The notes beneath the pieces are model-generated. The model did no database searches. It was not told the origin of the DNA and saw only the letters and a program-made list of their open reading frames with translations. A program made the translations under genes and the position numbers. From Octopus sinensis (taxonomy: Eukaryota), in assembly GCF_006345805.1 (NCBI RefSeq), contig NC_042999.1:56358001-56422000 (forward strand): 64,000 nt of DNA, in the 5' to 3' direction. How positions within the stretch are numbered: position 1 is the stretch's first letter; each line of letters opens with the position of its first letter. Below are positions 9,262 through 21,974 of the stretch, piece after piece.

Positions 9262-11258
9262 CTGAAATTAGAAACAATATATATATATATAAAATATATA
9301 TAAAAATACAAAATGGGACAAGAACGCAAAACATTCAAATAGACGACACAAAAAACGGACGGGTCATTCGAAGCCTCTAATCTTCAGTCAAGAACCGGAT
9401 CATCCTCGCAGTTTCGACTGATTAATCTTGAGATCGCTCTGATCCAGCCAGCCCCAAGGAAAAACTAAGCTACAAGCATAGATTTCTTGGAAAAAAAGGA
9501 TCGAATGTATACGAAACAAGGGCAGAAAAATGGACGATGCCACACGAATATAAATACAAAAAACAATAATAATAATAACAGGACAAAAACAACAGGCGTC
9601 TTTCGACTTTAGACAGTTCAACTTAGCTTAGCTGGCGTATTTGGAAAAAAATGCCTTACAGCAGACGAAAATTGAAAATATTTGTTACAAGTATAAAGAT
9701 ATCATAAACAAGTATAAAAATGGAGAAAATATGTTAAAATCAAAATTGAATTTAATACAAAATTGAATTCAATACATATGTATGTTTCAAAAGGCAATAC
9801 AAATATTTAAGAAGAAATTATAATAATTATAATTAAAGTTATGCATTGTCATTCGCATCAGTGTGAAGAATTTTTAGGAAGAACATCAAAAACGTTATTA
9901 ATAAAATTCAATAAGGAAAACAGATGGGGTAATAGGGAAAAATTTAACTGGATATCTACAAACATGTTGTAAAAAGGAAAAATAATAATAAGAGAGACGA
10001 AAAAGAAAAACATATCAATGTGTATGGAAGTCTATTTGTGCAAAAAACTATAACTTAAAAATTTCAACGGATATATTTAAAAAATAGTAAAAGATCAAGG
10101 TGAAACATAATGTAAACAAAAGCATGTGTGTGTCCAGCAGATATAAACAACATGTTCACTAACGGAAAAAAGCCATAGAGAGTCAGACATATACATATTT
10201 ATATTGAAAATGAAAAAATATATTACAAGAAGCTTCTAGCTAAATAACAAAACTATATTTGAATTGATTCAATATTTGAACATATATATATAATTGCTCC
10301 AGCTGATATTAATGAACATGAATTTTTTATTGGATATTATTTTTTCTCTCTTTTTGGTTCCTTCAAAAAGTTTGAATTGTTCTTTTTGAACTTATTTTTT
10401 CTCTCATATATAGTAATATATCTGGCTTCCTTGACTGGCTTCCGTGCCAGTGGCACTTAAAAAGCACCAACCGATCGTGGCCATTGCCAGCCTCCCCTGG
10501 CACCTGTGCCGGTGGCACGTAAAAAGCACCCACTACTCTCACAGAGTGGTTGATGTTAGGAAGGGCATCCAGCTGTAGAAACACTGCCAGATCCGACTGG
10601 AGCTTGGTGCAGCCTCCTGGCTTCCCAGACCCCGGTCAAACCGTCCAACCCATGCTAGCATGGAAAACGGACATTAAACGATGATGATGATTATTTGACT
10701 TATTTTCAACAGATACTTATGAATAGTTTAAAAAAAAAAATACAAAACTGAAAATTTTATTCTACTTAATCAAAGATATGCCACTGCCACCATCATCATC
10801 AACATCATTTTACATCCATGTTCCATGCTGGCTTGGGTTGGATAGTTTGGCAGGGTCTGATACGTTCAAGAACTGCATCAGGTTCTACTGTCCGCTTTGG
10901 CATGGTTTCTATGGTTGGATAACCTTCTTTAAAATACGTTATTACATTGTAGAATTTGTCTGATGCTTGAGAATGCTTATGCTTCATATTAAAGACCCAA
11001 GCATTCTTGAGAACCAGACAAGTTATCAAATGTAATAACATACATATTTGATTTCATTTCCCTGGAAAATTTGAAGACCTGGACCTGTATATGGTAAATC
11101 AATTATGGAACAATTTCATCATTTCTTCTAACATTATTATTATTATTATTATTATTACATATATACTCTTCTGAACACACACACATATATAACAGGCTTC
11201 TTTTAAAAAATTACTATATTTAAATCTCACAACGAGAGATATTCAGTAACAGTACTTT

Positions 11259-11586
11259 GGAATAAAGATTGTTTGCCAACATAGCATGGCAGTCCTGGTT
11301 TAGGACAAATGTTGCTGTAATTTAGCCCCAGTAGACATTGTCTCCAGCTGGCTATACAACATGATTTGTGTCCTTATATTTTCTGATAAAGAGAAATAAC
11401 CCAGAAATTGCAACACACAGATACTGCTTTGAACTGAGTGGGGATGCTAGATTCCTTTGTTCGAAAATATAAGGACACAGATCGTGTCGTATAGCCAGCT
11501 GGAGATGATATCGCCTGGGGCAAATTACAGCAGCATTCGTCCTAAACTAGGACTGCCATGTTACATTGGCAAACAATCTTTACTCC
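11259..11586. mobile_element. Fold-back element with ~125-bp inverted arms and a dead hammerhead in the spacer
   Basis: Arms at 11259-11383 and 11463-11586. The spacer reads CTGATAA AGAG AAATAA CCCA GAAA TTGCAA CA CACAGA. Same family as 18341-18560. Confidence 0.8.
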
Positions 11587-12260
11587 ATAGGCTTCTTTTA
11601 GTTTCCATATACCGAATTCACTCACAATGTTCTAATTAATCTTGGACTATAACAAAAGACATTTGCTTGAGGTGTCACACAGGAGGAGGGGGAACAGAAT
11701 CCTGAATCCAAAAACCAATCAAAAAGGAGGCCTATGCATGGCTGTGTGTAAGAAGCTTGCTTCCCCACCATATGGCCATGGGTTTAGTCCCATTGCATGA
11801 TACCTTGAGCAAGTGTCTTCTACTGTAGCCTTAGGCTGACCAAAGTCTTGTGAGTGGATTTGGAAGAGAGAAACTAAAAGTCTGTCGTATGCCTACACAT
11901 ATGTATAACCCATGCTAGCATGGAAAACGGACATGATGATGATAATGTGTATGTGTATATATAAAAATTGACAGAATGAGATAAAAAATCCAAGGCTGTG
12001 AATAGTTTTCAGAACATTTATAAAGAGATGGTCTTACAGCTGTTTCCGGGATATATAAAATATCCCGGTCAAATTTTATGTATATGCATACTAATACATG
12101 AACCATGTTGGACTCTTCATTTGTATCATTATCGAACCTGGAGCTTAACTATGGTCTGCCCATAGCACTAACTCAGCATTACCCAACACCTTTGTGTCTC
12201 CTTGACACCAATACCTCTTATACCCTATATATATGTATGTGTATATATAATATATATATA

Positions 12261-12302
<42 letters not shown>

Positions 12303-12538
12303 CATATTTTATATATTTATACAGTGAAATTGATTTATTACTAAATCTAATTTTTCCTTGTAAGTTTGGAGTTATACTCCCTAATATTATTATATATATA
12401 TATACACACAATTGCAGCATGGAAGGTGTTTATAAGCCATTTAAGAAACACACAAAAACCGTTAGATTCACTTCAACATTTAAATTTAATTGGTCAAAAT
12501 ATTTTCGGCGCTTTGAGACCACGACCTGTTCAGTGACA

Positions 12539-12595
<57 letters not shown>

Positions 12596-12904
12596 CATAC
12601 ATACACACATCATCATCATTGTTTAATGACCATTTTCCATGCTGGTCTGGTTTGGACAGTTTGACAGGAGTTGGCCAACCGGAAAGCTGCCCAGACTCCA
12701 TTTGTCTGCTTTCACATGGTTTCTACACCGGGATGAGCTTCTTAACACCAACCACTTTGCACAATGTATAAAGTGCTTTCAACATGAGACTGGCACAGGT
12801 GCCTTTATGTGGCACCAGCACCCATTAGCCTATGAGACTGGGACCTCTTGCCTGTGATAGGGATGTAGAGGATATGCCAGTGTTCATGAATGGTCACAAT
12901 TTTA

Positions 12905-13097
12905 CTTAGCTTGACGTGTCTTCTCAAACACAGCAAACCAACAAAAGACTCAGTCCCTTGTCATCTCTTCTGTGAGACCTAATACTTGAAGATCCTTTCT
13001 CACCACTTCATCCCATGTCTTCCCAGGTCTACCCCTTCCACATATTTCCTCCACAATTAGAGAACGGCACTTTTTGATGCAGCTGTCTTCATCCATA
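12905..13097 (-). mobile_element. RTE-clade LINE ORF C-terminal remnant
   Basis: Translates to MDEDSCIKKCRSLIVEEICGRGRPGKTWDEVVRKDLQVLGLTEEMTRD*..AVFEKTRQAK*, containing the GRGRPxKTW motif. Confidence 0.75.
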
Positions 13098-13170
13098 TTT
13101 GCTTGTGTACACTTGTCTTGATTTCTGATGCTAGTTAATGAGCATCACCATTATACAAGGGTAAATATAT

Positions 13171-13400
13171 ATTTCTTTACTGCCCACAAGGGGATAAACA
13201 CAGAGAGGACAAACAAGGACAGACAAACGGATTAAGTCGATTATATCGACCCCAGTGCGTAACCGGTACTTAATTTATCAACCCCAAAAGGATGAAAGGC
13301 AAAGTTGACCTCGGCGGAATTTGAACTCAGAACATACCAGCAGATGAAATACAGCTACGTATTTTGCCCAGTGTGATAATGATTCTGCCAGCTCGCCGCC
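13171..13400 (-). mobile_element. SINE family C with target-site duplication
   Basis: Flanked by ttatacaagggtaaatatat (13151-13170) and ttatataagggtaaatatat (13402-13421). Confidence 0.85.
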
Positions 13401-13615
13401 TTTATATAAGGGTAAATATATCCATGCTTAGAATCAGGCGATAGTTGGCTACAGGGAAGGCATCTAACCATAGAATATCTACTTCAACAAATATTCTTAA
13501 ACCCTTGTCAGCATAGAAAAAGGGATGCTAAAAAGACGAGGTTGATGAAATGTAAATCTAACAAAATGAAAGTGATGTAGAAGAGACTTCAGTGTAGAAT
13601 ATCCATCAGATTTAC

Positions 13616-13771
13616 CTGAAAACTCTGATGATGTTAAAATTGTGAAGAAGGCTTCTTTCCCAGGGCTCAATCATTTCAACTAACGGCCAACAGCAATCGT
13701 CTTTTAACAGCACCAAAATGCAGTCAATAAAATCTTTTTCAAACATTTCTCGAACAACAACTGTCCACATT
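13616..13771 (-). CDS. ASB-like gene, coding exon 6 (156 nt, phase 2-2; absent from the ORF track)
   Basis: Acceptor ctcgttatcttttcag|A ATG and donor TTCAG|gtaaat. Open frame MWTVVVREMFEKDFIDCILVLLKDDCCWPLVEMIEPWERSLLHNFNIIRVF. Phases match both neighbouring exons. Confidence 0.8.
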
Positions 13772-14544
13772 CTGAAAAGATAACGAGAAAAAGGTGAGAA
13801 ATGATCAGTTTTAGATATTATTGAAGTTTAGACACAAACACAAACACATGAAGGCTTCTTTCAGTTTCCATCTACTAAGTTCACTTACAACACTTTGGTC
13901 AGCCCAAGGATAGAGTAGAAGACACTTGCTCAAGGTACCATGCAGTGGGACTGAACTCGGAACTGTATGGTTGGGAAGTAAACTTCTTACCACAAAGCCA
14001 TCACTTTCAAACAACACCAGTTCTGGTCAAATGAGCAAAGGTAAATCACATGGAATCCAGGGAGTACAAATTGACCACTTGGGGACCGAAGGTGCGGTAA
14101 GCAAAACGACTGGTTAGATACTGGTTTGGCCATGTGGTAAAGTTATTTGCTTCCCAACCACATGGTTAGGGGTTCAGTCCAGGTGCTTGGCACCTAAGGC
14201 AAATGTTTTCTACTATCGTTCCAGGCTTGAAAGAGAAACAGATGACCTCAGGCATTTTAGCATGAAACGGTTTAATTAATCTTTGATAGATCAGAGAGAA
14301 TATCAAGTATTTTCTTGTAATGCAAAGGTTAAACGTTACAAACTGAAAGACAATAAAATAAAATAAACAATAACAACAAAAACAAAGATAGCAGAGAGAG
14401 GTCATTGGGGTCAAAACTGAATCAGATTTCACAAGGGTTCGGTTTTCTAGGAAAAAGAAATTAGCACAAACATTTTCTTAGAATCTGGGAGGTTACAGAA
14501 GAAATTCAATAACAACACTCTCTCTCTCTCTGTGCATGTGTGAG

Positions 14545-14875
14545 CCTGGCTGTGTGGTAAGAAGTCTGCTTCCCAACTACATGGTTTCAGGTTCAGCCGC
14601 ACTGCATGGCACCTTGGGCAAGTGACATCAACTTTAGATTTAACGGATGGAAACTGAAAGAAGCCCATTGTATGTGTGTGTGTGTGTTTGCCCACCACCA
14701 CTGCTTGACAACCGGTGTTAGTTTGTTTACATCCTTGTAACTTAGTGGTTTGGCAAAAGAGATTGACTGAATAAGTAAAAGACAGAAAAATACACTGGGG
14801 TTGATTCATTCAGCTAAAAATCCTTCAAGGCAGAGCCCCAGCATGGCCACACTATAATAGCTGAAACAAGATAAG
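14545..14875 (+). mobile_element. tRNA-headed SINE (family A)
   Basis: Same head, CORE-like motif and tail as 8416-8805. Confidence 0.75.
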
Positions 14876-15025
14876 ATATATATACATGTAGGATATAGTG
14901 GTGGTAGTGGTAGGACTGTTGGTTCCTTAACTTCTGATGGAGTTACAGAAGTGCCGTTGCAGCTTACAGTATGTTTTGACTATTTTAAATCAGGAAGAGA
15001 CCTCACCACATCCCTTTCCAGGTCT

Positions 15026-15077
<52 letters not shown>

Positions 15078-15379
15078 AACCCTGGCAATGGACTGGTATT
15101 TTATCTAAAGGATGAAAGACAAGGCTGACTTAGGTGAGGTTTAAACTCAGAGCACAGTGTTGGAACAAATCTAATGCTCTACAAACTCTACCAAATCATC
15201 ATCATCATCATCGTTTAACGTCTGTTTGCCATGCTGGCATGGGTTGGACCGTTCGACTGGGGGGGGGGTCTGGGAAGCCAGGAGGCTGCACCAGGCTCCA
15301 ATCTGATCTGGCAGTGTTTCTACAGCTGGATGCCCTTCCAAACGCCAATATATTGAATAAATAGGTTACAATAAATATA

Positions 15380-17030
15380 GACATGTATAACTATGAAGCT
15401 TTCCAGCAACAAATGGTTGCCCCTCACTATATCCCCTAATCTGCTGTGGAAAGATTCCGACCACTCCCCACCCCCAAGTAACTAAAAGTGGACGACTGAC
15501 ACATTGCTATAAAATAAAGAACTGTGAGCAATTGATGGCAGGCAGTTCAGTGTGAGCTGTTGACAGAGAGTGTTTTAACCTCATGTGGTAGTAAACATCT
15601 TGTGTCATGTGAATACTTTCTTTCCCCTTGCTTCATTAAATTATTTATCCGACACTGGGATATAAAAGTGGTAACGAGTTGTTTGACACTTGTGTTGGAC
15701 ATTTAGAATATTTTTTTAGTATGAAACCAAAGAAAAAAATCGTTTTAACATGGAAGACTTATTAGCCTCCATGGTGCAGTTGCAACAGCAACAGCTCCTG
15801 CAGCAACAACAACAGCAACTACAGAACCAATAGTTGCTGGAATTAATGTTGAAGAAGTCTGAAAATACTTCAGGTTCATACTTGCCAGACAGCATGGCAA
15901 ACTCAAGTGAAGAATTCAATTATAATCCAAAAGAAGGGATTATATTTCCGAAGGTACAAAGAAATCTTCAAAGAAAAAATGTAAAAATTGGTCTGACGAG
16001 AAAAAAGTACAACTGCTTTTCAGTAAGTTATAGGTGAGATTTGTTTTGATTAAACAATTTTTTATCGAAAATTTTCAGTGAAAGAAGTTCCCTGTTCAAT
16101 ACTCACTGGAAATGTTTGAATTTGGTCAAAAAAGATGAATATTTCATCCCCTGTGCTAGGGTTGTTAACAGAGAGTGAGAAAAATTCAAATTAAATGAAT
16201 TAACCCTAGACGTGTTTAAAAGTCTAACTTTTGTTCAAGGACTTACTGCAAGCAAAGATGCAGATATAAACAAAATTAGAACAGGACCAAAAACTGACTC
16301 TACAGACAGTAGTAGAAGAATGCCCGAGCACCTTAAATTTAAGACATGACACAAATAAAATTGAAGAAAAAAATTGCTCTCATATTCATGCATGTCAACT
16401 TGTAACAGATAAGAAAAAAGAGAAAAAAATGTCAAAACTGAATCTATGTTATGGGTGCGGTGGTCTACATTCTAAAAGGAATTATCTGTTTAAAAATATA
16501 AAATGCTCCAAGTGCGGTAAGATAGGTCATAAGAAATCACACTGTAAAACAAAACCTAAAAATAGTATAACAAAAAAAACCCCACGTAAACAGGTTATCA
16601 GTGACAAGAAATACGAATGAGCCTCAAAGAAAATTTGTGTGTAAAAATTAATAACACACATTTAAACTGGTGGCATGTGTAAAAAGATTCGAGCGATGTC
16701 ATTGCCAGTACCACCTAACTGGCCCTGTGCCAGTGGCATGTAAAAAGCACCCACTACACTCTGGCGTTAGGAAGGGCGTCCAGCTGTAGAAAGATTTAAG
16801 TCTGGTGCAGCCATCTGGTTTACCAGCCCTCAGTCAAAATCGTCCAACCCATGCTAGCATGGAAAGCAGACGTTAAACGATGATGATGTAAAGTTACAAT
16901 TGAATACAGGCAGCAGTGATATCTCAGTAATTAATACAAATACATGGGAAAAAATCAAGGGACCTAGATTAAAATAAACTTTGAAAATTGCATGTGATGT
17001 TTCATTTTGTGGAAAAACCTTAAAAGCCAA
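15380..17030 (+). mobile_element. Decayed Gypsy-type LTR retrotransposon (PBS, gag, protease)
   Basis: PBS-like tggtaacgag at 15669-15678. Gag-like MEDLLASMVQLQQQ..EEFNYNPKEGIIF, zinc knuckle CSKCGKIGHKKSHC (16429-16620), and protease-like VKLQLNTGSSDISVINTNTWEKIKGPRL from 16888. Interrupted by a family B copy. Confidence 0.75.
16668..16888 (+). mobile_element. Family B element nested in the Gypsy remnant
   Basis: Typical family B body ending aaacgatgatgat. Confidence 0.8.
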
Positions 17031-17134
17031 AGTTTGGGTTAATAATTAACCAAATAGACTCAGGTCGACCAAAGCCTTGTGAGTGGATTTGGTAAATGGA
17101 AACTAAAAGAAGCATGTCATACATACATATTTGG

Positions 17135-17697
17135 AGCCAGCCTACGTATGCATACCTTCCCTTCTTGGGACACAAAACTCTACTTGTGAAGACGTGTTGA
17201 GGCAAGTGAGGATCAGAATCGAAATCGATCAATGGAAATTGCGGATGTGCTACCAGTGCCGGTGGCATGTCGAAACTCTGCTTGTGAAGACCCATTGAGG
17301 CAAGTGAGGATCAGAATCGAAATCGATCAATGGAAATTGCAGATGTGTTACCAGTGCCGGTGGCATGTAAGAGAACTTTCCATTTCGCGACCGTTGCCAG
17401 CACCGCCCCGTTCGTGTCCATTGCCAGCCTCGCCTGGCCCTCGTGCCGGTGGCACATAAAAAGCACCATCCGTTCGTGGCCGTTTGCCAGCTCTGTCTGG
17501 CACCAGTGCGGGTGGCACGTAAAAAGCACCCACTACACTCACGGAGTGGTTGGCGTTAGGAAGGGCATCCAGCCGTAGAAACACTGCCAGATTTGACTGG
17601 GCCTGATGAAGCCTTCTGGCTTCACAGACCCCAGTAGAACCGTCCAACCCATGCTAGCATGGAAAACGGACGCTAAATGATGATGATGATGATGATG
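17135..17697 (+). mobile_element. Family B element with internal ~100-bp duplication
   Basis: cttgtgaagac..gaggcaagtgaggatcagaatcgaaatcgatcaatggaaattgc occurs twice, followed by gtgccggtggcac units and an (ATG)n tail. Confidence 0.8.
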
Positions 17698-18340
17698 ACA
17701 CACATCTATGTATGTGTGTCTTTGTCACCCCACCACTTGACAACTAGTGCTGATGTGTTTACACTCCTGCAACTTAGCAATCAGGCAAATGGGGCCGACA
17801 GAATGAGTGCCAAGCTTTAAAACAAAAATAAGTAGTGGGGTCAATTCATTTGACTAAAAATTCTTCAAGGTGGTGCCCCAGCATGGCCACAGTCTAATGA
17901 CTGAAACAAGATAAAAGAGAGAAATCTTTTGCATTTAACCAAAGACCAAATTATTGAAAGTGGAATCAATCTGGAAGCAACAAGATTTCAGAAACTATTT
18001 CAGAGGAAGATCTCACTTGGACAGAATTAATTATTAACCCAAAATCTGAGCTTTCCATTTGCATTCTACATTTGGTAAAATATGTTATTAGGGTGATAAC
18101 ATTATAATGTTATGAGGTGAGGTTGTAATAAAGACACACAGCATAAAAATCAATCATCTATTTATGGAAATCAATCACTTCTTTATTGATGGAGGATTTT
18201 AAACCGTTTCATCTTTTCAATATTCATCATTGGCAAAAAATCAATAACCAAGAACTTTAAAATCTTCAACAAAAACTGTTTCTTTGTCAAGTGATTCTAA
18301 CAACAAAAAATTGAAGAATTTTATTATAATTATGATTTTT

Positions 18341-18560
18341 AGAATAAAGATTGTTTGCCAATATAACATGGCAATCCTGGTTTAGGACGAATGTTGCTGT
18401 AATTTAGCCCCAGGAGACATCATCTCCAGCTGGCTATACAACACGATCTGTGCCCTTATATTTTTGAACAAGGGAATCTAGCATCCCCACTCAGCTCAAA
18501 ACAATATCTGTGTATCGCGATTTCCAGGTTATTTCCCTTCATCAGCACAGAATAATTGTT
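18341..18560 (-). mobile_element. Hammerhead-bearing non-autonomous element (same family as 11259-11586)
   Basis: About 200 bp of similarity to 11383-11586 in the opposite orientation; no ORF. Confidence 0.75.
18507..18551 (-). ncRNA. Minimal type I hammerhead ribozyme motif (AUA site), intronic, sense strand
   Basis: Minus strand reads TCTGTG CTGATGA AGGG AAATAA CCTG GAAA TCGCGA TA CACAGA. Stem I is a perfect 6 bp and stem III is the palindrome ATCGCGAT. Confidence 0.8.
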
Positions 18561-19029
18561 TGGTTTTAGGCGGCGCTGCCAAATTCAAAAAGTTCAATGC
18601 TATTTCTTCTGGTTCTTCATAATCTGACTTCAAAGTCTGGCAAGATAAACTCTACCTTGTTTCCTTTAGGGTTGAAGTACCAATCAAGTATGGTTTTGAG
18701 TTCAATTCCTGGTGTCACGTTGTCTCCTTGAGCAAGACACTTTATTTCACATTGCTCCAGTTAACTCAGCTAGCAAAAATGAATTGTACCTGCAATTCAG
18801 AGGAGCCAGTCTTGTCGCATTCTGTGTGCCATGTTGAATCTCCCTGAGAACAAAATTTAGAGAATGTGTGTCTGTGGAGCGCTCAGCCAGTTGCATGTTA
18901 ATTTCACAAGCAAATTGTTTTGTTGATCAAATCAACTAGAATGCTCATAACCAACAGAGAGAGACAGTTTACGAGATGTGTATTTGATGATAGTTTTATC
19001 ATTTTAGGATGGATTTCAATGGATTTCAC

Positions 19030-19441
19030 GAGCTGGCAGAAACGTTAGCATGCCGGGCGAAATGCGTAGTTGTATTTTGTCTACCGTTATGTTCTGAGTT
19101 CAAATTCCACCGAGGTTGACTTTGCCTTTCATCCTTTCGGGGTTGATTAAATAAGTACCAGTTACACACTGGGGTCGATGTAATCGACTTAATCTGTGTG
19201 TCTGCCCTTGTTTGTCCCCTCTGTGTTTAGCCCCTTGTGGCTAGTAAAGAAATAGGTATTTTGTCTGCCGTTACGTTCTGAGTTCAAATTCTACCGAGGT
19301 TGACTTTGCCTTTCATCCTTTTGGGGTAGATAAATTAAGTACCAGTTACGCACTGGGGTCGATGTAATCAACTTAATACCTATGTCTGTCCTTGTTTGTC
19401 CCCTCTATGTTTAGCCCCTTGTGGGTAATAAAGAAATAAGT
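19030..19441 (+). mobile_element. SINE family C with 184-bp internal tandem duplication
   Basis: gtattttgtct.ccgtta.gttctgagttcaaattc begins at 19072 and again at 19256. Confidence 0.8.
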
Positions 19442-19802
19442 ATTGAGGGTCCGTGAAAAAAAATTCAAAATTTCATATATATATACATAAACATAAGGAT
19501 AAGCATATTAAAAGGGGTTGGTGGAAAAACTCATTTAAATAAAAGGGGTCCTTGGGAGTGAAAAAGTTGGGAACCACTGGCCTACACATTTAGGGGAAAA
19601 GATATGCAATGATGATGATGATGACAATGATGCTCTTGAGCAGGTGGAGGAAATACAGGTGACTTACGGGTCAGTTTTTCATTGACCCCCAATTTCTCTC
19701 TAAATAAGTTATTGCTAGAAGGAAAAGAAAACGAAAGATAAAACAAAGATTATTGAAGAAAAAATTATAGAAAAATAAAAATAAAGTAATTTGAAGCCAT
19801 AC

Positions 19803-19941
19803 CTCTCCATACTGTGAAAGCCTTTATGTAAATTAACACCAATTTTGAGGTAATATTCTAAGACATCAGCACTACCAGAAAGTAAAGACACCTGCACAGG
19901 TGAGCGTTTTTTGTAATCTCGTACTTGAATTGAAGCACCAG
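19803..19941 (-). CDS. ASB-like gene, coding exon 5 (ankyrin repeat)
   Basis: Acceptor ttttgcag|CT GGT (phase 1) and donor GAG AG|gtatgg (phase 2). Encodes AGASIQVRDYKKRSPVQVSLLSGSADVLEYYLKIGVNLHKGFHSME. Confidence 0.88.
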
Positions 19942-20159
19942 CTGCAAAATATATAAATAAATAAATTTTAACAGATGTTGTAGGCATGGTTGGGTGGTAA
20001 AGCATCTCAGTTTGTAATCCCATGGCTCTGAGTTCAATCCCAGTGCATAACTCCTAGGGCAAATGTCTTCTTCTATTGTCCTGGTCTGACAAATGCCTTG
20101 TGAGTAAATTTGGTAAATGGAAACTGAAAGAAGTAAATTGTGTGTGTGTGTGTGTGTGT

Positions 20160-20797
20160 GTCATCACCATCATTTAATGTCCGTTGGCATGGGTTGGACA
20201 GTTTGACTAGGGCTGGTAAGCAGAGGGCTGCACCAGGTTCCAGTCTGAGTTGGCATGGTTTTCTATGGCTGGATGCCCTTCCTAATGCCAACCACTCCAA
20301 GAGTGTAAAAGGTGCTTTTAGATGCCAGAACATAACACCAGTATCTGCCATGATTACAATTTCACTTGGCTTTATGGGTCTTCTACTCAAGCACGACATA
20401 TTGCCAAGGGTCTCCGTCATTTGTCATTGCCACCCTGAGGCCCAATGCTCGAAAGGTGCTTGTTACATGGGTGCTGGTAATGCAACACTGGCATCAGCCA
20501 CATTGCTCAAAAGGTGTTTTTTGTGTGCCACCAGCATGGGTGCCAGTTATGTGGCACTGGCATCAGCCACGACTATGGTTTCACTTGGCTTGATGGGTCT
20601 TCTCAAGCACAGCATACCACCAAAGGTCTTGGTCATTGCCACTGTGAGTCCCAATGTTCAAAGATCATGCTTCACCACCTCATGCCATGTCTTCCTGGGT
20701 TTACCTCTTCCACATGTTCCCTTCACAGTTAGAGATCAGCACCTCTTTACACAGTTGTCCTTGTCCATACACACACGTGTGTGTGCACGTGCATATA
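20160..20797 (-). mobile_element. RTE-LINE 3' end: ORF remnant joined to a family B tail
   Basis: 20795-20590 translates DNCVKRC*SLTVKGTCGRGKPRKTWHEVVKHDL*TLGLT and continues into family B sequence ending (ATG)n. Confidence 0.75.
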
Positions 20798-21974
20798 TGT
20801 GTGTGCAATATACACATATACATATAGTGGATAATTTCTATTACCTAGGAGACCAAATTAATTGTGGGGTGGGTAATATGACAAAAGACTGAGATGCCTG
20901 GTGCCTTGCTGTACTCAAGAAGACCTGTCCTCCACAGCAGAAGTGTTACAACTGCATCCCCTGGTAAAGAGGGATGCAGCCTACATGAGTCTTGTGCTGG
21001 TGCCACGTAGAGAGCACTATGGTGGTGCCATGTAAAAGCACTTGTGTTGTTAGCATGTTCAAATGCCCCCCAGCACATACTGTAAGTGTGGTTGGTGTTA
21101 GGAAAGGAATCCAGCCATAGAAACTAAGCCAAGTCAGACAGGGGCCTGGAGCAGCTCTCCAACTTGCCAGCTCTGGTCAAACCATCCAACCCATGACAGA
21201 ATGGAAAATGGACATTAAAGGATGATGATGATGATGATGAAGATGACACACACTGCTTAACAGCCGGTGTCGGTTTGTTTATGCACCATAACTTAGTGTT
21301 TCAGCAAAAGAGGCTGACAGAACAAATACCATCATCATCATCATCATCGTTTAATGTCCATTTTCCATGCTAGCATGGGTTGGACAGTTCGACCGGGATC
21401 TGGGAAGCCAGGAGGCTGCACCAGGCTCCAGTCTGATCTGGCAGTGTTTCTACAGCTGGATGCCCTTCCTAACGCCAACCACTCCAATAAATTTTGGGGC
21501 CAATATGTTTGACTAAACCCTTCATGGCAGTGCCCCAGCATGGCCACAGTCCAATGTCATAAACAAATAAAAAGATAACCAGAACTTCCTGCAAAACATT
21601 TTTATCGGTCACTCAAAGACATTCTGCTAATCTCCTGCTAGCCAGTGGCCATAAGTAGGACACTAACACTCGAGAATGATTACAGTAGGATGTTTAAAGT
21701 AGAGCACTATTGATCTCACTCTGAACAGTTTGAATGTTGCTAGTGATACAATGTACTGTTAAACATGGAGAATTAGTCCATTGGTCTCTGGTGAACTATT
21801 CTATTTTTAGCTCTCCACAAATAGCCATTAATCCTGCTCCATGATTGCATAATTCATGTGAGTAAAAAGTCACTCAACAGTAAAAAATATAGATATGCCA
21901 ACAAGTCACAGAAAATATTGAAATTATCTCTTGTCTAAATTAACTTCAACAATAGATTGCTGGCATGTAATATA

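Noticed and set aside
9355-9425. CTGAAGA and GAAAC strings in the repeat next to the last exon
   Set aside because: They could not be folded into the hammerhead topology.
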